IMG/VR virus record: IMGVR_UViG_3300037515_000188
Span: 1-64,000 of that record
Length of the DNA stretch: 64,000 nucleotides
Direction: 5' to 3' (one strand)
From: a virus
Positions 51,600 through 62,747 of this stretch are shown here, in pieces; the stretch's first letter is position 1, and each line of letters begins with the position of its first letter. The notes beneath the pieces are model-generated. The model did not search any database, had not been told where the DNA came from, and worked only from the letters and a program-made list of their open reading frames with translations. The position numbers and the translations under genes are program-made.

Positions 51600-54500
51600 A
51601 TGTATTATATATAATACATTAACCAAAACTATCTTATATTTTTTTTTAAAAAATTTTGATCCATTTCATCTTGCATTATCATTTTAATATCAGATAAATT
51701 ACTATCATAAACTAATTTACTGTATATCTTCCTACGGTAAGTAAAATGATCATAATATATCATGCGAGGATGTAATATCTTAAAATAACATTTATTAATA
51801 ATATGCATAATCTTAATTTATAAGTTTATCAATATTCAATAAAAAATTTTATTATTTTTTTAATTAACTATATATTAAAAATTTTTTTTACCAAAAAATT
51901 TCGATTTAATTCATTCTTTATCATCACTCTTATATCATTTAAATGAAATAATATATGATATAGATAATATGCTTTAGACTGATTATAATTTAATAGCGTA
52001 TGCTCAATATAAGCAATTGAATCATTATACCTATAAAAAATATCTTTAACAATATTCATCTTCTAATTCTTCCACTATTCGATCTATTAACTCCCCCAAA
52101 ATATCAGTAAAATATACAACATCATATAACAGAGAATCATCATAATTCAATGGTAAACGTATTTTATAATAAAAATCTACATCAAGTTGTTTATATATTG
52201 GTTTCATACTAAATTTATCCTCTAATAATTAATTACAAATTTGTCAATTTTACTAGAAAATTCAATAAATCTTATATATAATTTTTATTCTTATTTCATG
52301 ATTTATTATATTCTTTATTATATTTAAATCATTATCATACATTATTTTACTATACATTTTTCTCATACTAAGACTCCGAGGGGATAAGATATTAAAAATT
52401 AAAGTATCTTTAATGATTTTCATTTTTTCATTCTAATAATAATATCTTGCAAAAAATAATCAATAACATTTATCATCATCCATAATTTTATATCATTTTC
52501 AGATGGATATATCTCTTTAAAATCGTGCATCATTAATGCCAATTCAATATTAATTTTTAATGTGTTATAAATTAATTTCATCAAATTTCAGACTAATATT
52601 AATTTACTTGTAATTATATTCATATACTTCTATTTCTTTTAATATTATATCCCTAATATTCTGATTAAATAATACTTTATCATACAATAAAACCCAATAG
52701 TCCGGATATAAGTTATATAACCTTAATGGTAGTTCAATTACTTGTTTATAAATTATTTTCATCCATCGCATTCTTTATTATCATATTCTTTATTATATTC
52801 AAATCATTATCATATAAGAATCTATGATATAAATAATTTCCTTTAAAATTGAAATCATTATCAATATAAACAAATAAATCGTTATATCTATAAAAAATAT
52901 CTTCAATAATTTTCATCTTTTCCATTTTCCAATTATATAATCTATTACATAATCTTCTATTAATTCTTCTAATACTATATTTACTGGTTCCCATATAATA
53001 TTATTAAAATATATACCATCATATAAAAATAATGTTGTATTATAATTATTATCAATTAACATTAAACGTATTCTATTAAATACATCCATAGAAATTTTTT
53101 TATAAATCAGATTCATAAAATATATAATCCAATTCTTCCAATACTACATCCAACAAAAATTCTTGATCCCCCAAATCATACATCTGTAATAGTTCTGAAG
53201 AATAATAACCTCCATCATATAATGCCTGACTAATAATATCAATATTAAACTGTTGATAAATCAGGTTCATAAAACATATAATCCAATTCTTCTAATATAA
53301 TATCAATTAATGAGTCTTCTTGAATCCTCCACTCAATTAATGAGTCTTTAATCCTCCACAATAAATCATACATCTGTATTTTTTGATAATAATCATTATC
53401 AAATATAGATTGTTCAATAACATTAATATTAAATTTTTTATAAATCAATTTCATATATTTTTTTTCTTAGTTCATGATTTATCATATGCTTTATTATATT
53501 CAACTCGTTATTATATATTAATGTATGATATTTGGTATAAATAATTTCATCCAGATCAAACATATAATGTTCAAATGCATTAAATGATTTACCCTTTAAG
53601 AATATTATTTTTCCAATAGTTTTCATAAATTTTTTAATGATTCCAATATAGCACTCTTTAAACGTATTATATTCATCATAATAGTAAAATATATTACCTC
53701 TTCTATTTTTGCATACTTTTTTTCATGCGTCAGTATATACCTGCCATCACCATCCCATTGTATTTGTTTATATATTAGTTTCATATATTTTCAATTCATC
53801 CAATATGATATCGATCATTGATTCTGAGTCATGCCATATAATATTCTGTTGTACATAATTCCATGTAATATTTTGTTTCCTATTCATAAAATCATGTATC
53901 TGAAATATTTCTGAATGATACTCGGTAACGAATAACATGTATACCTTATCTACGATACTAGCAAATTGGACATGAATTTGTTTCATAATTGCAATTCATC
54001 CAATAATACTGTTCTTATACCCGTAAGTCCGGGAATATAGATTATACGATTTATTTTTATGCTTTTAGCATATAATAATGTATAGAATAAATTTCCATCA
54101 AATTTATTTAATTGTTTATATATTAGTTTCATATATTTTCAATTCATCCAATATGATATCGATCATTGATTCTGAATTATACCATATAATATAATCCCAT
54201 GTAATACTTTGTTGCTTGTTTATGAAATCATGTATCTGTAATACTTCCGGATGATACTCGTGACATAATAATATATAAATAGTTGGTCTTATTTTAACTA
54301 ATTGTTTATTAATTATTTTCATATAATTCATCCAACATATCATCCACTACTTCTAATGTAATTCTAAATCGAGTAATATTATATACACTATCCATATAGT
54401 GAGATAAATACATCATTGCATCATAATGATTTTCACTTAATGATGAATATATTTTATCAAATACATTTTCTTCAAATTGTTTATAAATTAATTTCATTTT

Positions 54501-57500
54501 TTATTTGTTCTTTGATAACACTTAATATAGTTACAATATCAACCGAATATAATGGTAGAGTATAATAAAAATGAGTTTTTATTAACATCCAATGTATAGA
54601 ACCGAATACATTTTCTTCAAATTTGTTATAAATTAATTTCATATATTATACGCACCATATCATTAAAAAATAATTCATCTAATAATAAATTCTGAACCAA
54701 CACCAAATGCATGATTCTATAATGTTTTAACGGCTGCTTTATAACGTAAATTATTATCTATATTAAATTTAAACCCATTTAATTCATTATATACAATATT
54801 CATTATTTTAATTTGCCAATTCATTCAAAATAAATAATCTTAATAATTTTGTTGGATTATCAACATACCAACATATATTTGTTTCATCCGTTCCGGAAAT
54901 TTCGTTCCATAATGTAATACCCATTGCTTTTAATACAGTCTTTTTATATACCAACTTATGGAGTAATTTACCATTAGCAGTAAATTCATTTAATGAGTTA
55001 TAAATAATTTTCATCATAATTTATCCATTATAATATCCATTATGATATCATGTATTGCATCTACCCTTAATAATTTTTCTATTATTATTGGTTTGGAAAT
55101 ACACCAACATTTAGATATTTCATTTTCCGTTGCCGTGAAATACATTATACCCGACATATTTCCACGAAATAATATATAAGTTATTTTAACTAATTGTTTA
55201 TTAATTATTTTCATCTAAATTGGATTAATTCATCTATTATTAATTCCATCATAATTATTTCTAAAGTATTAAATTTAAATGTATGATAATACTTGTTATA
55301 CTCATTTATACATATTGAATTATATACGTCAGTAAGTATAATTGATTCAAATTGTTCATAAATCAATTTCATGAATTTATTTTCTTATAACTTATACAAA
55401 TCATATAACGTGTATAATATAAAATCTTTCATATGCAATCCAACATCTTCTCGTATAATAACTGGTTGTTCATGTTGGTAATAATACTTACAATAAATTC
55501 CCCGCCTGATTTGTTGTTCCCTAAATTTCATTTGGTTATAAATGAATTTCATTAATTTGTTCCATGATTGATAATTTTAATAATGAAGGGCTTTCACGAT
55601 TACTTAAAAAAACATTTGGCCCATTATGTAAAATTAAATTATACATTATCACTGGTTTAATTTTAACTAAAATAAATAGCATGTTTAATCTCCATTAAAA
55701 TAAATTGTATTAATGTTCTTGGAGTATTATTAATATTCCAAAATCTAGTTTTTACCATATCATTATTATAACATAATAATTTAAATAATAAGGGTTTTAT
55801 TTGAGATAATTGGTTATTAATTGTTTTCATACAGTATTGTAACATTATGTAAATTCAATTGTTTATAACTTAATTTCGTAATTCTTCCATTAGTTTATTT
55901 CGTATATCTAATATACTTTCAAAATAAAATGACAATAATAGTTTTGGATAATAATGAATACCCAATATTTTCCAATATATGTTATCAAATATATTTTCAT
56001 CAAATTGGTCATAAATTAATTTCATAAATTTGATCCCATATCAATATTTTAATTAAATTTAAATGCCCCAATATATTATAGGCAAATTATGCTTTTTACG
56101 ATATTCATGTATTAATATATTAATGATAAATGCATTTAATTGATTATAAATTAATTTCATCTTCGATATACTCATTATCATCTATTTCATCAACTATGGC
56201 ATCTGTAATAGTCCATAAAATATTATCATTTATAATATAGTCAATACAATCATAAGATTCTTCGCTTAATATAACTTTAAACTTACCAATTAATTCTGAT
56301 TCCAATTTTTTACAAATTATATTCATTTTTTATTTCTTCTTTTATTCTTAGTAATGGAACAAATACATTATTTGTAGGAGAATTAATCACTATATTTTGA
56401 TCATATGTTAATATTTTATTAAATTCATAATTATAATAAACTATAAGAATAGCTATTATATTAATTATAATTTCATTTAATTCTTTATAAATTAATTTCA
56501 TCTTCTAAATACTCATATACTCATATTCATTTATTTCATTAATTATAGTAGTAATAATCAATAAAATATTATCATGAATATATATTGCATCATAATATTC
56601 TTCACTTAATGGCAAATATAATTTATCTGTAAATATTAAATATAATTCTTTATAGATTATAATCATTATAGTATCTAATGTAATATTTCATAAAAAATGT
56701 AATCTTGTATTATTCTAATTAAATTAAATGATCTATGTGTAGTATGATATAATTGATTTACAATGCCTGAATGATCTATAACCATTTTACGAGGTTTCTC
56801 ATGGACACGAAGATCAAATAATTTGTTTTTAATAATTTTCATAAACTTGATCCAATATCAAATATACTGCCGCATGTCCAATCTGCGTTCTTATCATAAT
56901 CTGCATTCTTATCATACCAGTTAATTGATATATTCTATTTGATATAACATTATTATAAATATAATTTACATTATTCCTATCGTGCAATCGGTAATTTAAT
57001 AATTGTTTATAAATATTTTTCAATTTTTTTTCTTATGGATGCATCTAATCATCTGTATTTATTTTCGAGGAAAATGTATAACATTCTATTAACAAGTTTC
57101 TTACCATAACTGTAAAATTAATTTTAAGTAATTCTTTAAATAATAATTTTCTTTTTTCTTTAAATTTATGTTTTAAGACAACCTGCATGACAAATACATC
57201 TAAATTTATTTTAATATTGTTCATAAATTATTTTCCATGCATTTTTTTCATCAATTAATTGTTCTTTTATTAATAATCGTATAGATAGTAAATCATTATA
57301 ATAATATGATAATGATCCAATTATTATTTTTGATTTATTAGAATTTAATTCATTGCTATAAATTATATCATATATTGGTCGAAATATCAATGCTCTATTT
57401 ATAATAGTTTTCATAAATTATCAAGTTCGTGAATTATAAACATTTTTATATTATTAAAAATCAATAACATATAAATTTTATAATAATCTGAATATGCTAT

Positions 57501-57548
57501 TAAATCAAATATATATGTTATTTTTAATTTGTCGTTAATTAATTTCAT
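51600..57548 (-). CDS. Array 3: ~30 tandem micro-ORFs (MKLIY/MKII/MKTI family)
   Basis: ORF track plus shorter ORFs; C-termini ..I(L/I)(D/E)EL..YE overlap the next ATG; promoter TTGATA-17-TATAAT before ATG 57548. Confidence 0.75.
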
Positions 57549-57597
57549 AACTATTGTATTATACATTGTTTTTTTATTAATATCAATAAATACGTCT

Positions 57598-58245
57598 ATG
57601 AAATTGAATGAAATAATAGATTTTAAACATGAGATAAAATCAGCATCCGATCTTAAACCCGGAGTATTACAGGGTAGAGGATTTTTTTCAAAGGTATATA
57701 CCGATCAGGATGATCCACACATGGTTATAAAACAATCTAAATTTTCCGACCAACTTGATACAAGTGATGGGTATTACAAATATATTGAAGCAACCATTAA
57801 AAATGGAATGAATGGGGTTAATCCATATGTACCTAGAGTTTATAAAATAAATGCGATTGATACTGGTATGCAACTTATGAAAGGAGTAAATTCTTATAAT
57901 CATGAAGTTCAAATAGAAAAATTAAATGTGGTGTATGATCTTGATATTAAAGATATTGAATTTATTTTGTCGAAAATTTTTCCAGAAGATTTAGTATCTT
58001 CATTATTATCAAAGGAATCACCAAATGAAATATTTGAATCCGTATCTGATATATTATTTAAAATATTAAAAGGTACATATACAATTAAGAAAACCTTATC
58101 CAAGGATTTAAATCAAGTATTGGAATTAATTAAAAAATTATATGATGATAAAATAATTACAGAAATTGATTTAAAACCAGCAAACTTAATGATTCGTAGA
58201 AGTCCATATGGTCCACAACTTGTTATTACCGATCCGGCGGCATAA
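57598..58245 (+). CDS. protein kinase-like (T7 gp0.7-type) paralog 1
   Basis: GRGFFSKVY, P.MVIK, PRVY, DLKPANLM.R, LVITDP; ATAAATA upstream. Confidence 0.8.
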   Translation: MKLNEIIDFKHEIKSASDLKPGVLQGRGFFSKVYTDQDDPHMVIKQSKFSDQLDTSDGYYKYIEATIKNGMNGVNPYVPRVYKINAIDTGMQLMKGVNSYNHEVQIEKLNVVYDLDIKDIEFILSKIFPEDLVSSLLSKESPNEIFESVSDILFKILKGTYTIKKTLSKDLNQVLELIKKLYDDKIITEIDLKPANLMIRRSPYGPQLVITDPAA

Positions 58246-58246
58246 T

Positions 58247-58858
58247 ATGAAATTAAATGAAATTATAGACTTCAGACATGATAAAATTGATATGTCTTCC
58301 ATAAAACGTGGGGAACGAATGGGTTCAGGATTCTATTCAACTGTGTATGCGGATAATGATGATCCACACATGGTTATAAAGGATATGGAACGCCATGGGG
58401 GTGATAAACCAAGAGATGGATTTTCCAGCTATATAGAAGCAATTATTGAAAATGGAATGAATGGAGTAAATCCTTATGTTCCTAGAGTGTATAAATTAAA
58501 TTCCTCTAAAACCAAAGATAATGAATATAAACATACTTATCAAATTGAAAAATTAAATGATCTTGAACATTTAGATAAAAAAGATTTTGAATTTATATTT
58601 TCAAAACTTCTTTCTGAAGATAAGATTAAAGAATATACAGATCATTCTGTTCGTTTAGCATGGGCTTTGGCTTCTTATATTGATGATTTAGTACATGGAT
58701 ATGAACCATTGTCAAAATCCAAGAAATTAAATGAAGTTATAGAACTTATCAGACAATTATATCAGAGAGGACTTTCCTATGATATAAAACCTGAAAATAT
58801 GATGTATCGTTCAACACCATATGGGGCACAATTGGTTATTAGTGATCCATTATATTAA
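58247..58858 (+). CDS. protein kinase-like paralog 2
   Basis: GSGFYSTVY, DIKPENMMYR, LVISDPL. Confidence 0.8.
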   Translation: MKLNEIIDFRHDKIDMSSIKRGERMGSGFYSTVYADNDDPHMVIKDMERHGGDKPRDGFSSYIEAIIENGMNGVNPYVPRVYKLNSSKTKDNEYKHTYQIEKLNDLEHLDKKDFEFIFSKLLSEDKIKEYTDHSVRLAWALASYIDDLVHGYEPLSKSKKLNEVIELIRQLYQRGLSYDIKPENMMYRSTPYGAQLVISDPLY

Positions 58859-58869
58859 TAAATATATTT

Positions 58870-59493
58870 ATGAAATTAAATGAAATAATACAATCGGAAG
58901 TATCTATTCATGATACAAAAGATTATAATCCATTACAGATGGGAGATCATATAGGAACCGGAACATATTATACAAGTTATGAAAATCCTGATGATCCTCA
59001 TACAATTCATAAATTCTCAAGACAACCAACAATATCCCATGATGGATTTAAAATTTATGCTGATTACATTATAAAATATAATTTAGCATCGAAAAATCCT
59101 TATTTTCCAAGAATATATAAACATCGAACTAATATAGAACCTCCATCTGATTTATCATATGAATTTGAAATAGAAAAATTATTATTATATTATGATATAA
59201 GAATAAAAGAATTTCGTCCCATACTTGAATTATTATTTAATGACTCTGAAGTTGAAGAAATTATGAACATACATAGTAATGAAGGAATTACAATTAAAAT
59301 TGCTAGAAAAATACGATTGATGATAACACAAAATATAAAAAGTAAATCAAAATTATTAAATCAGGCATTTTTTATTATACAAAAGATAATACGTGATAAT
59401 TCTGATATATATATTGATATACATGAAGATAATATCATGTTTAGAAGAACTAATTCTGGCATTCAATTAGTTATTAATGATCCATTAGTTTAA
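58870..59493 (+). CDS. protein kinase-like paralog 3
   Basis: GTGTYYTSY, DIHEDNIMFR, LVINDPL. Confidence 0.8.
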   Translation: MKLNEIIQSEVSIHDTKDYNPLQMGDHIGTGTYYTSYENPDDPHTIHKFSRQPTISHDGFKIYADYIIKYNLASKNPYFPRIYKHRTNIEPPSDLSYEFEIEKLLLYYDIRIKEFRPILELLFNDSEVEEIMNIHSNEGITIKIARKIRLMITQNIKSKSKLLNQAFFIIQKIIRDNSDIYIDIHEDNIMFRRTNSGIQLVINDPLV

Positions 59494-59741
59494 AACTCAG
59501 GTAATGAAAATATACAATAATTTTCATCCAATCCATATTTTCCACCATAAAAAATATATTGTATTTCAAAGGGATCAAGTTTTCTTCCAGTGTATACACC
59601 ATTAACGGTTTCTTCAAGATAAATCATATCATATTTTTTAAACTCGCGATCATTAAAACGTAATTCAAATTTTTTATCCCCGCGTTCTATTGCTTGATAA
59701 TATTCTGTTTCAGTTTTTAAATGATGATGTTGCCTGCTCAT
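59490..59741 (-). CDS. DUF3850/ASCH-like protein
   Basis: H.LK...EYY.AI..G.KKFELR.NDR.F...D...L.E, GL...Y.I.S. Confidence 0.85.
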   Translation of the reverse strand: MSRQHHHLKTETEYYQAIERGDKKFELRFNDREFKKYDMIYLEETVNGVYTGRKLDPFEIQYIFYGGKYGLDENYCIFSLPEF

Positions 59742-59761
59742 AATTTATTCTCCAATTATTT

Positions 59762-60037
59762 TTAAGATATTGAAAAGATACAATAATCTTCATGTATTCC
59801 ATTTATATTATCACCATATAAAATATGTTTTATTTCAAATGATGGATATATTCTACCAGTTCTTGTTCCATTGACGGTCTCTTCAAAATAAATCATATCA
59901 TATAATTTAATGTTATTAGAATTTTCTCGTAATTCAAATTTTTTAACCTTGCGTTCTAAATCTTGAAATTCTTTTGTTTCCAAATCTAAATGATGATGTT
60001 CTCGGCATCTACCATAATATCCAGTTTGTATAACCAT
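59762..60037 (-). CDS. DUF3850/ASCH-like protein, diverged paralog
   Basis: Paralog of 59490..59741. Confidence 0.75.
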   Translation of the reverse strand: MVIQTGYYGRCREHHHLDLETKEFQDLERKVKKFELRENSNNIKLYDMIYFEETVNGTRTGRIYPSFEIKHILYGDNINGIHEDYCIFSIS

Positions 60038-60348
60038 AATTTTCTCCAGTTTATATCTAATCTTTTTTCAATATATCTAACTTTTTCCAATATATCTAAT
60101 AATTTTATGAAAAATACCAATAATATAAATTATTTTTATTCATTTTATTGTTCTAGTCCTTCATCAATTATTTTTTCTAATTCATCTAATGATATCTCTA
60201 AAGTTTTTTTAGCAACAGTATCCCAATGTCTCATAAATGATTTTGGAATTTTAATATTTCTTTGACGTGTAATTTCATCTTTTACTTTTTGTAAATATTT
60301 TTTTTCTATTTTATTTTCCATAATTATGTACCTTTAAATTAAATAATT

Positions 60349-60788
60349 TTATGAGAAATACCAATTAAAAAATGTGCCATATATTGCTACAATAAATGAT
60401 AATAATGTTATTATTGATATTACGGCTCCCGGAGTTTTATAATGATCTACCATAAATTTATGAATTTTCGACCCTATTACACCAAATATGAATACCCCGC
60501 TAATGAGTATGATAGATATTATAAATATTTCCAAAAATGTAAACAACATCATTAATCCTCGTCAATTATAATTGATAATAATTCTACAATATAATTATGA
60601 TATGAAATTACTTCTTCTTCCGGTGTGTATCGTTCTAACTTATTGTAAAAAATCCTAATTTCTTTTAATTTATCAGCAGCTTGTAAAGCTAATCCAACGG
60701 GAACTCTAATTTCTTGTTCCATATGTGGAAAATTATCATCATCATATTCATATGATTCTAATTTGTTGATTAATTTATCTATATTCAT
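60349..60788 (-). CDS. two hypothetical genes (60552-60788; membrane protein 60349-60552)
   Basis: Coupled ORFs after a - strand TTGACA promoter. Confidence 0.7.
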
Positions 60789-60854
60789 AAATTATAATAT
60801 ATTATATTAATTTATAAATGTCAAGGAATAAAAAATTATAATAAATATGATTAT

Positions 60855-61298
60855 ATGCTTGAAAATAATAAAATTATACATTGGAATGATTTATATGTCA
60901 CTATTAAAGTGAATGAAATTAATCGTGATATGAATAATATTCCAAATTTAATAAAATTTGAAATATATCCGCAAATATTTGATGTTTCATCTGGTGTATT
61001 CCATGAACACGAAATAAAATATAATAAAAGTAATACTGAATTGGTTGATACTATTAATAATGCAAACCCGTATTTTATAGTTTACATTTCATCTGTGAAT
61101 AATAATTTAAAAACATTAGAAGATAAAATGGATGACAATTGGGAGAATGTTGGTATGATGTATAATTTCATACCCTTAAACGATGTTAAATTTGTTTTAC
61201 AACGATGTTGTGAAATATTTGATTATTCACAAATTGAAAAACATTCTTATAATATGTTAATATTATATAATAAAAATTATACATTTAATATTAAATAA
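60855..61298 (+). CDS. hypothetical protein
   Basis: 147 aa; ATAAATA upstream. Confidence 0.7.
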   Translation: MLENNKIIHWNDLYVTIKVNEINRDMNNIPNLIKFEIYPQIFDVSSGVFHEHEIKYNKSNTELVDTINNANPYFIVYISSVNNNLKTLEDKMDDNWENVGMMYNFIPLNDVKFVLQRCCEIFDYSQIEKHSYNMLILYNKNYTFNIK

Positions 61299-61315
61299 TT
61301 ATAAATAATTATATT

Positions 61316-61612
61316 ATGAATATAAATGCTAATATTAATACACAACTTGGGTCGGGAGTGGTAGTATCTGGAGTCCCGCATGTGATCACATTTCCTATAC
61401 AAACAAAAATAGTTTCATTTGCCGTAAAACCATCATCAGGAAATATCATGAATATAAAATATAATCTTGATGAAAACGCTGATGTTATATTATGGATAGA
61501 ATGGACATATGGTGAAGTTAATGATACTCAAGTATGGTCTGCTGCTTTTAATGGTGGGTTTAGACAATTTGAGGTTAGTGGAGACGGAAATTATAGTTAT
61601 TCATGGGATTAA
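61316..61612 (+). CDS. putative late/structural beta-rich protein
   Basis: TATAAATA at 61300-61307. Confidence 0.7.
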   Translation: MNINANINTQLGSGVVVSGVPHVITFPIQTKIVSFAVKPSSGNIMNIKYNLDENADVILWIEWTYGEVNDTQVWSAAFNGGFRQFEVSGDGNYSYSWD

Positions 61613-61615
61613 GTC

Positions 61616-61888
61616 ATGGCAATACAATTACCTATACAATTACCTATACAATTACCTATACAAGCAGTAATACAAATATTACCAACACCAACACCATCTC
61701 CTACTATATCGTTAACTCCCACACCAACAATAACTCCAACAATAACGCCAACCATAACAATCACGATATTAAATTCGGTTGGGGGGTCATTTATGGTTCC
61801 ACTAGAGATATTAAATTCATCTGGTGAAAATTTTAACGTAATAAATGAAATCCGTAATTCTGATGGTGATATATTCTTTGTATCGTAA
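61616..61888 (+). CDS. Pro/Thr-repeat protein (putative virion decoration)
   Basis: (QLPI)3 and PTPTPSPT repeats. Confidence 0.65.
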   Translation: MAIQLPIQLPIQLPIQAVIQILPTPTPSPTISLTPTPTITPTITPTITITILNSVGGSFMVPLEILNSSGENFNVINEIRNSDGDIFFVS

Positions 61889-61949
61889 TTATTGACTTTT
61901 AATTTATTTTATGATATTATAGTATTTTAAATTATGAGGAATTTTTTTT

Positions 61950-62222
61950 ATGTATAAATTATTGATTTTTATGTTATTTCCAATTATGTTATTCGCTGGA
62001 GAGCCTGTATCAAATAGTGCAAAATCTGCACAGCTTGCAATTTCTGTTACTGTTATACATGGAAATAGTACAGATCAATCTTATGTTTCATATTCTAAAA
62101 TGGAATGTAAAATTGTGGATAATATTGAATATTGTACTCCTATAGATACACAATCAGATTCTACACTAGAAAATGATTCTATTTGTTCAGAATCGGAAGA
62201 AAATATAACTTGTTGGTATTGA
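61950..62222 (+). CDS. secreted hypothetical protein
   Basis: Signal peptide, sigma70 promoter, GAGG RBS. Confidence 0.7.
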   Translation: MYKLLIFMLFPIMLFAGEPVSNSAKSAQLAISVTVIHGNSTDQSYVSYSKMECKIVDNIEYCTPIDTQSDSTLENDSICSESEENITCWY

Positions 62223-62249
62223 AAACTAGATAATATTTTATAAAATATA

Positions 62250-62290
62250 ATCTCCTTTTTCTATATTTAATAAATATAGAAAAAGGAGAT
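62250..62290 (+). promoter_or_regulatory. RBS-sequestering hairpin containing a late promoter
   Basis: Perfect 20-bp inverted repeat; ATAAATA at the apex, AAGGAG in the 3' arm, ATG at 62295. Confidence 0.8.
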
Positions 62291-62294
62291 ATAA

Positions 62295-62747
62295 ATGCCG
62301 CAAAGAGAAGTTATTGTTTTATCTGAAGAAAACTCTAGATTAGAAGTTCCGCAATCAGGAGATACCTATTTAATGCCCCGCGATGTTTCTATTGTGGGAG
62401 ATGCAACAGTATCTGGAACAATTAATGGGCAAGATATTACTCAATTTATATATACTGGAGATATAGATTTTGCAGAAGATAAAGATTATATATTATGGTT
62501 TTCTGCTCCATTTAATGGAACTATAACAAGAGTATATACTAAATCAGAACTAGGAACAGCTACATTTACTATAAAAATAAATGATGTCGCATCTGGTGGA
62601 ACGCCTAATAATGTAAGTACAATTTCGGAAGAACAAATTCATTCTTCAGATAATGAATTTGTAACTGAGGATAAATTATCATTTACACTTGCATCTGTTG
62701 TTGATTGCGAAAATGTATCCTTTATTGTTTATGGTGTCCGTACATGA
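62295..62747 (+). CDS. putative virion structural protein
   Basis: Beta-rich acidic 150 aa under late control. Confidence 0.7.
   Translation: MPQREVIVLSEENSRLEVPQSGDTYLMPRDVSIVGDATVSGTINGQDITQFIYTGDIDFAEDKDYILWFSAPFNGTITRVYTKSELGTATFTIKINDVASGGTPNNVSTISEEQIHSSDNEFVTEDKLSFTLASVVDCENVSFIVYGVRT

Noticed and set aside
57529-57597. TTG start and hydrophobic N-terminus for kinase 1
   Set aside because: Paralogs begin at MKLNEII, and this stretch contains the divergent promoters.
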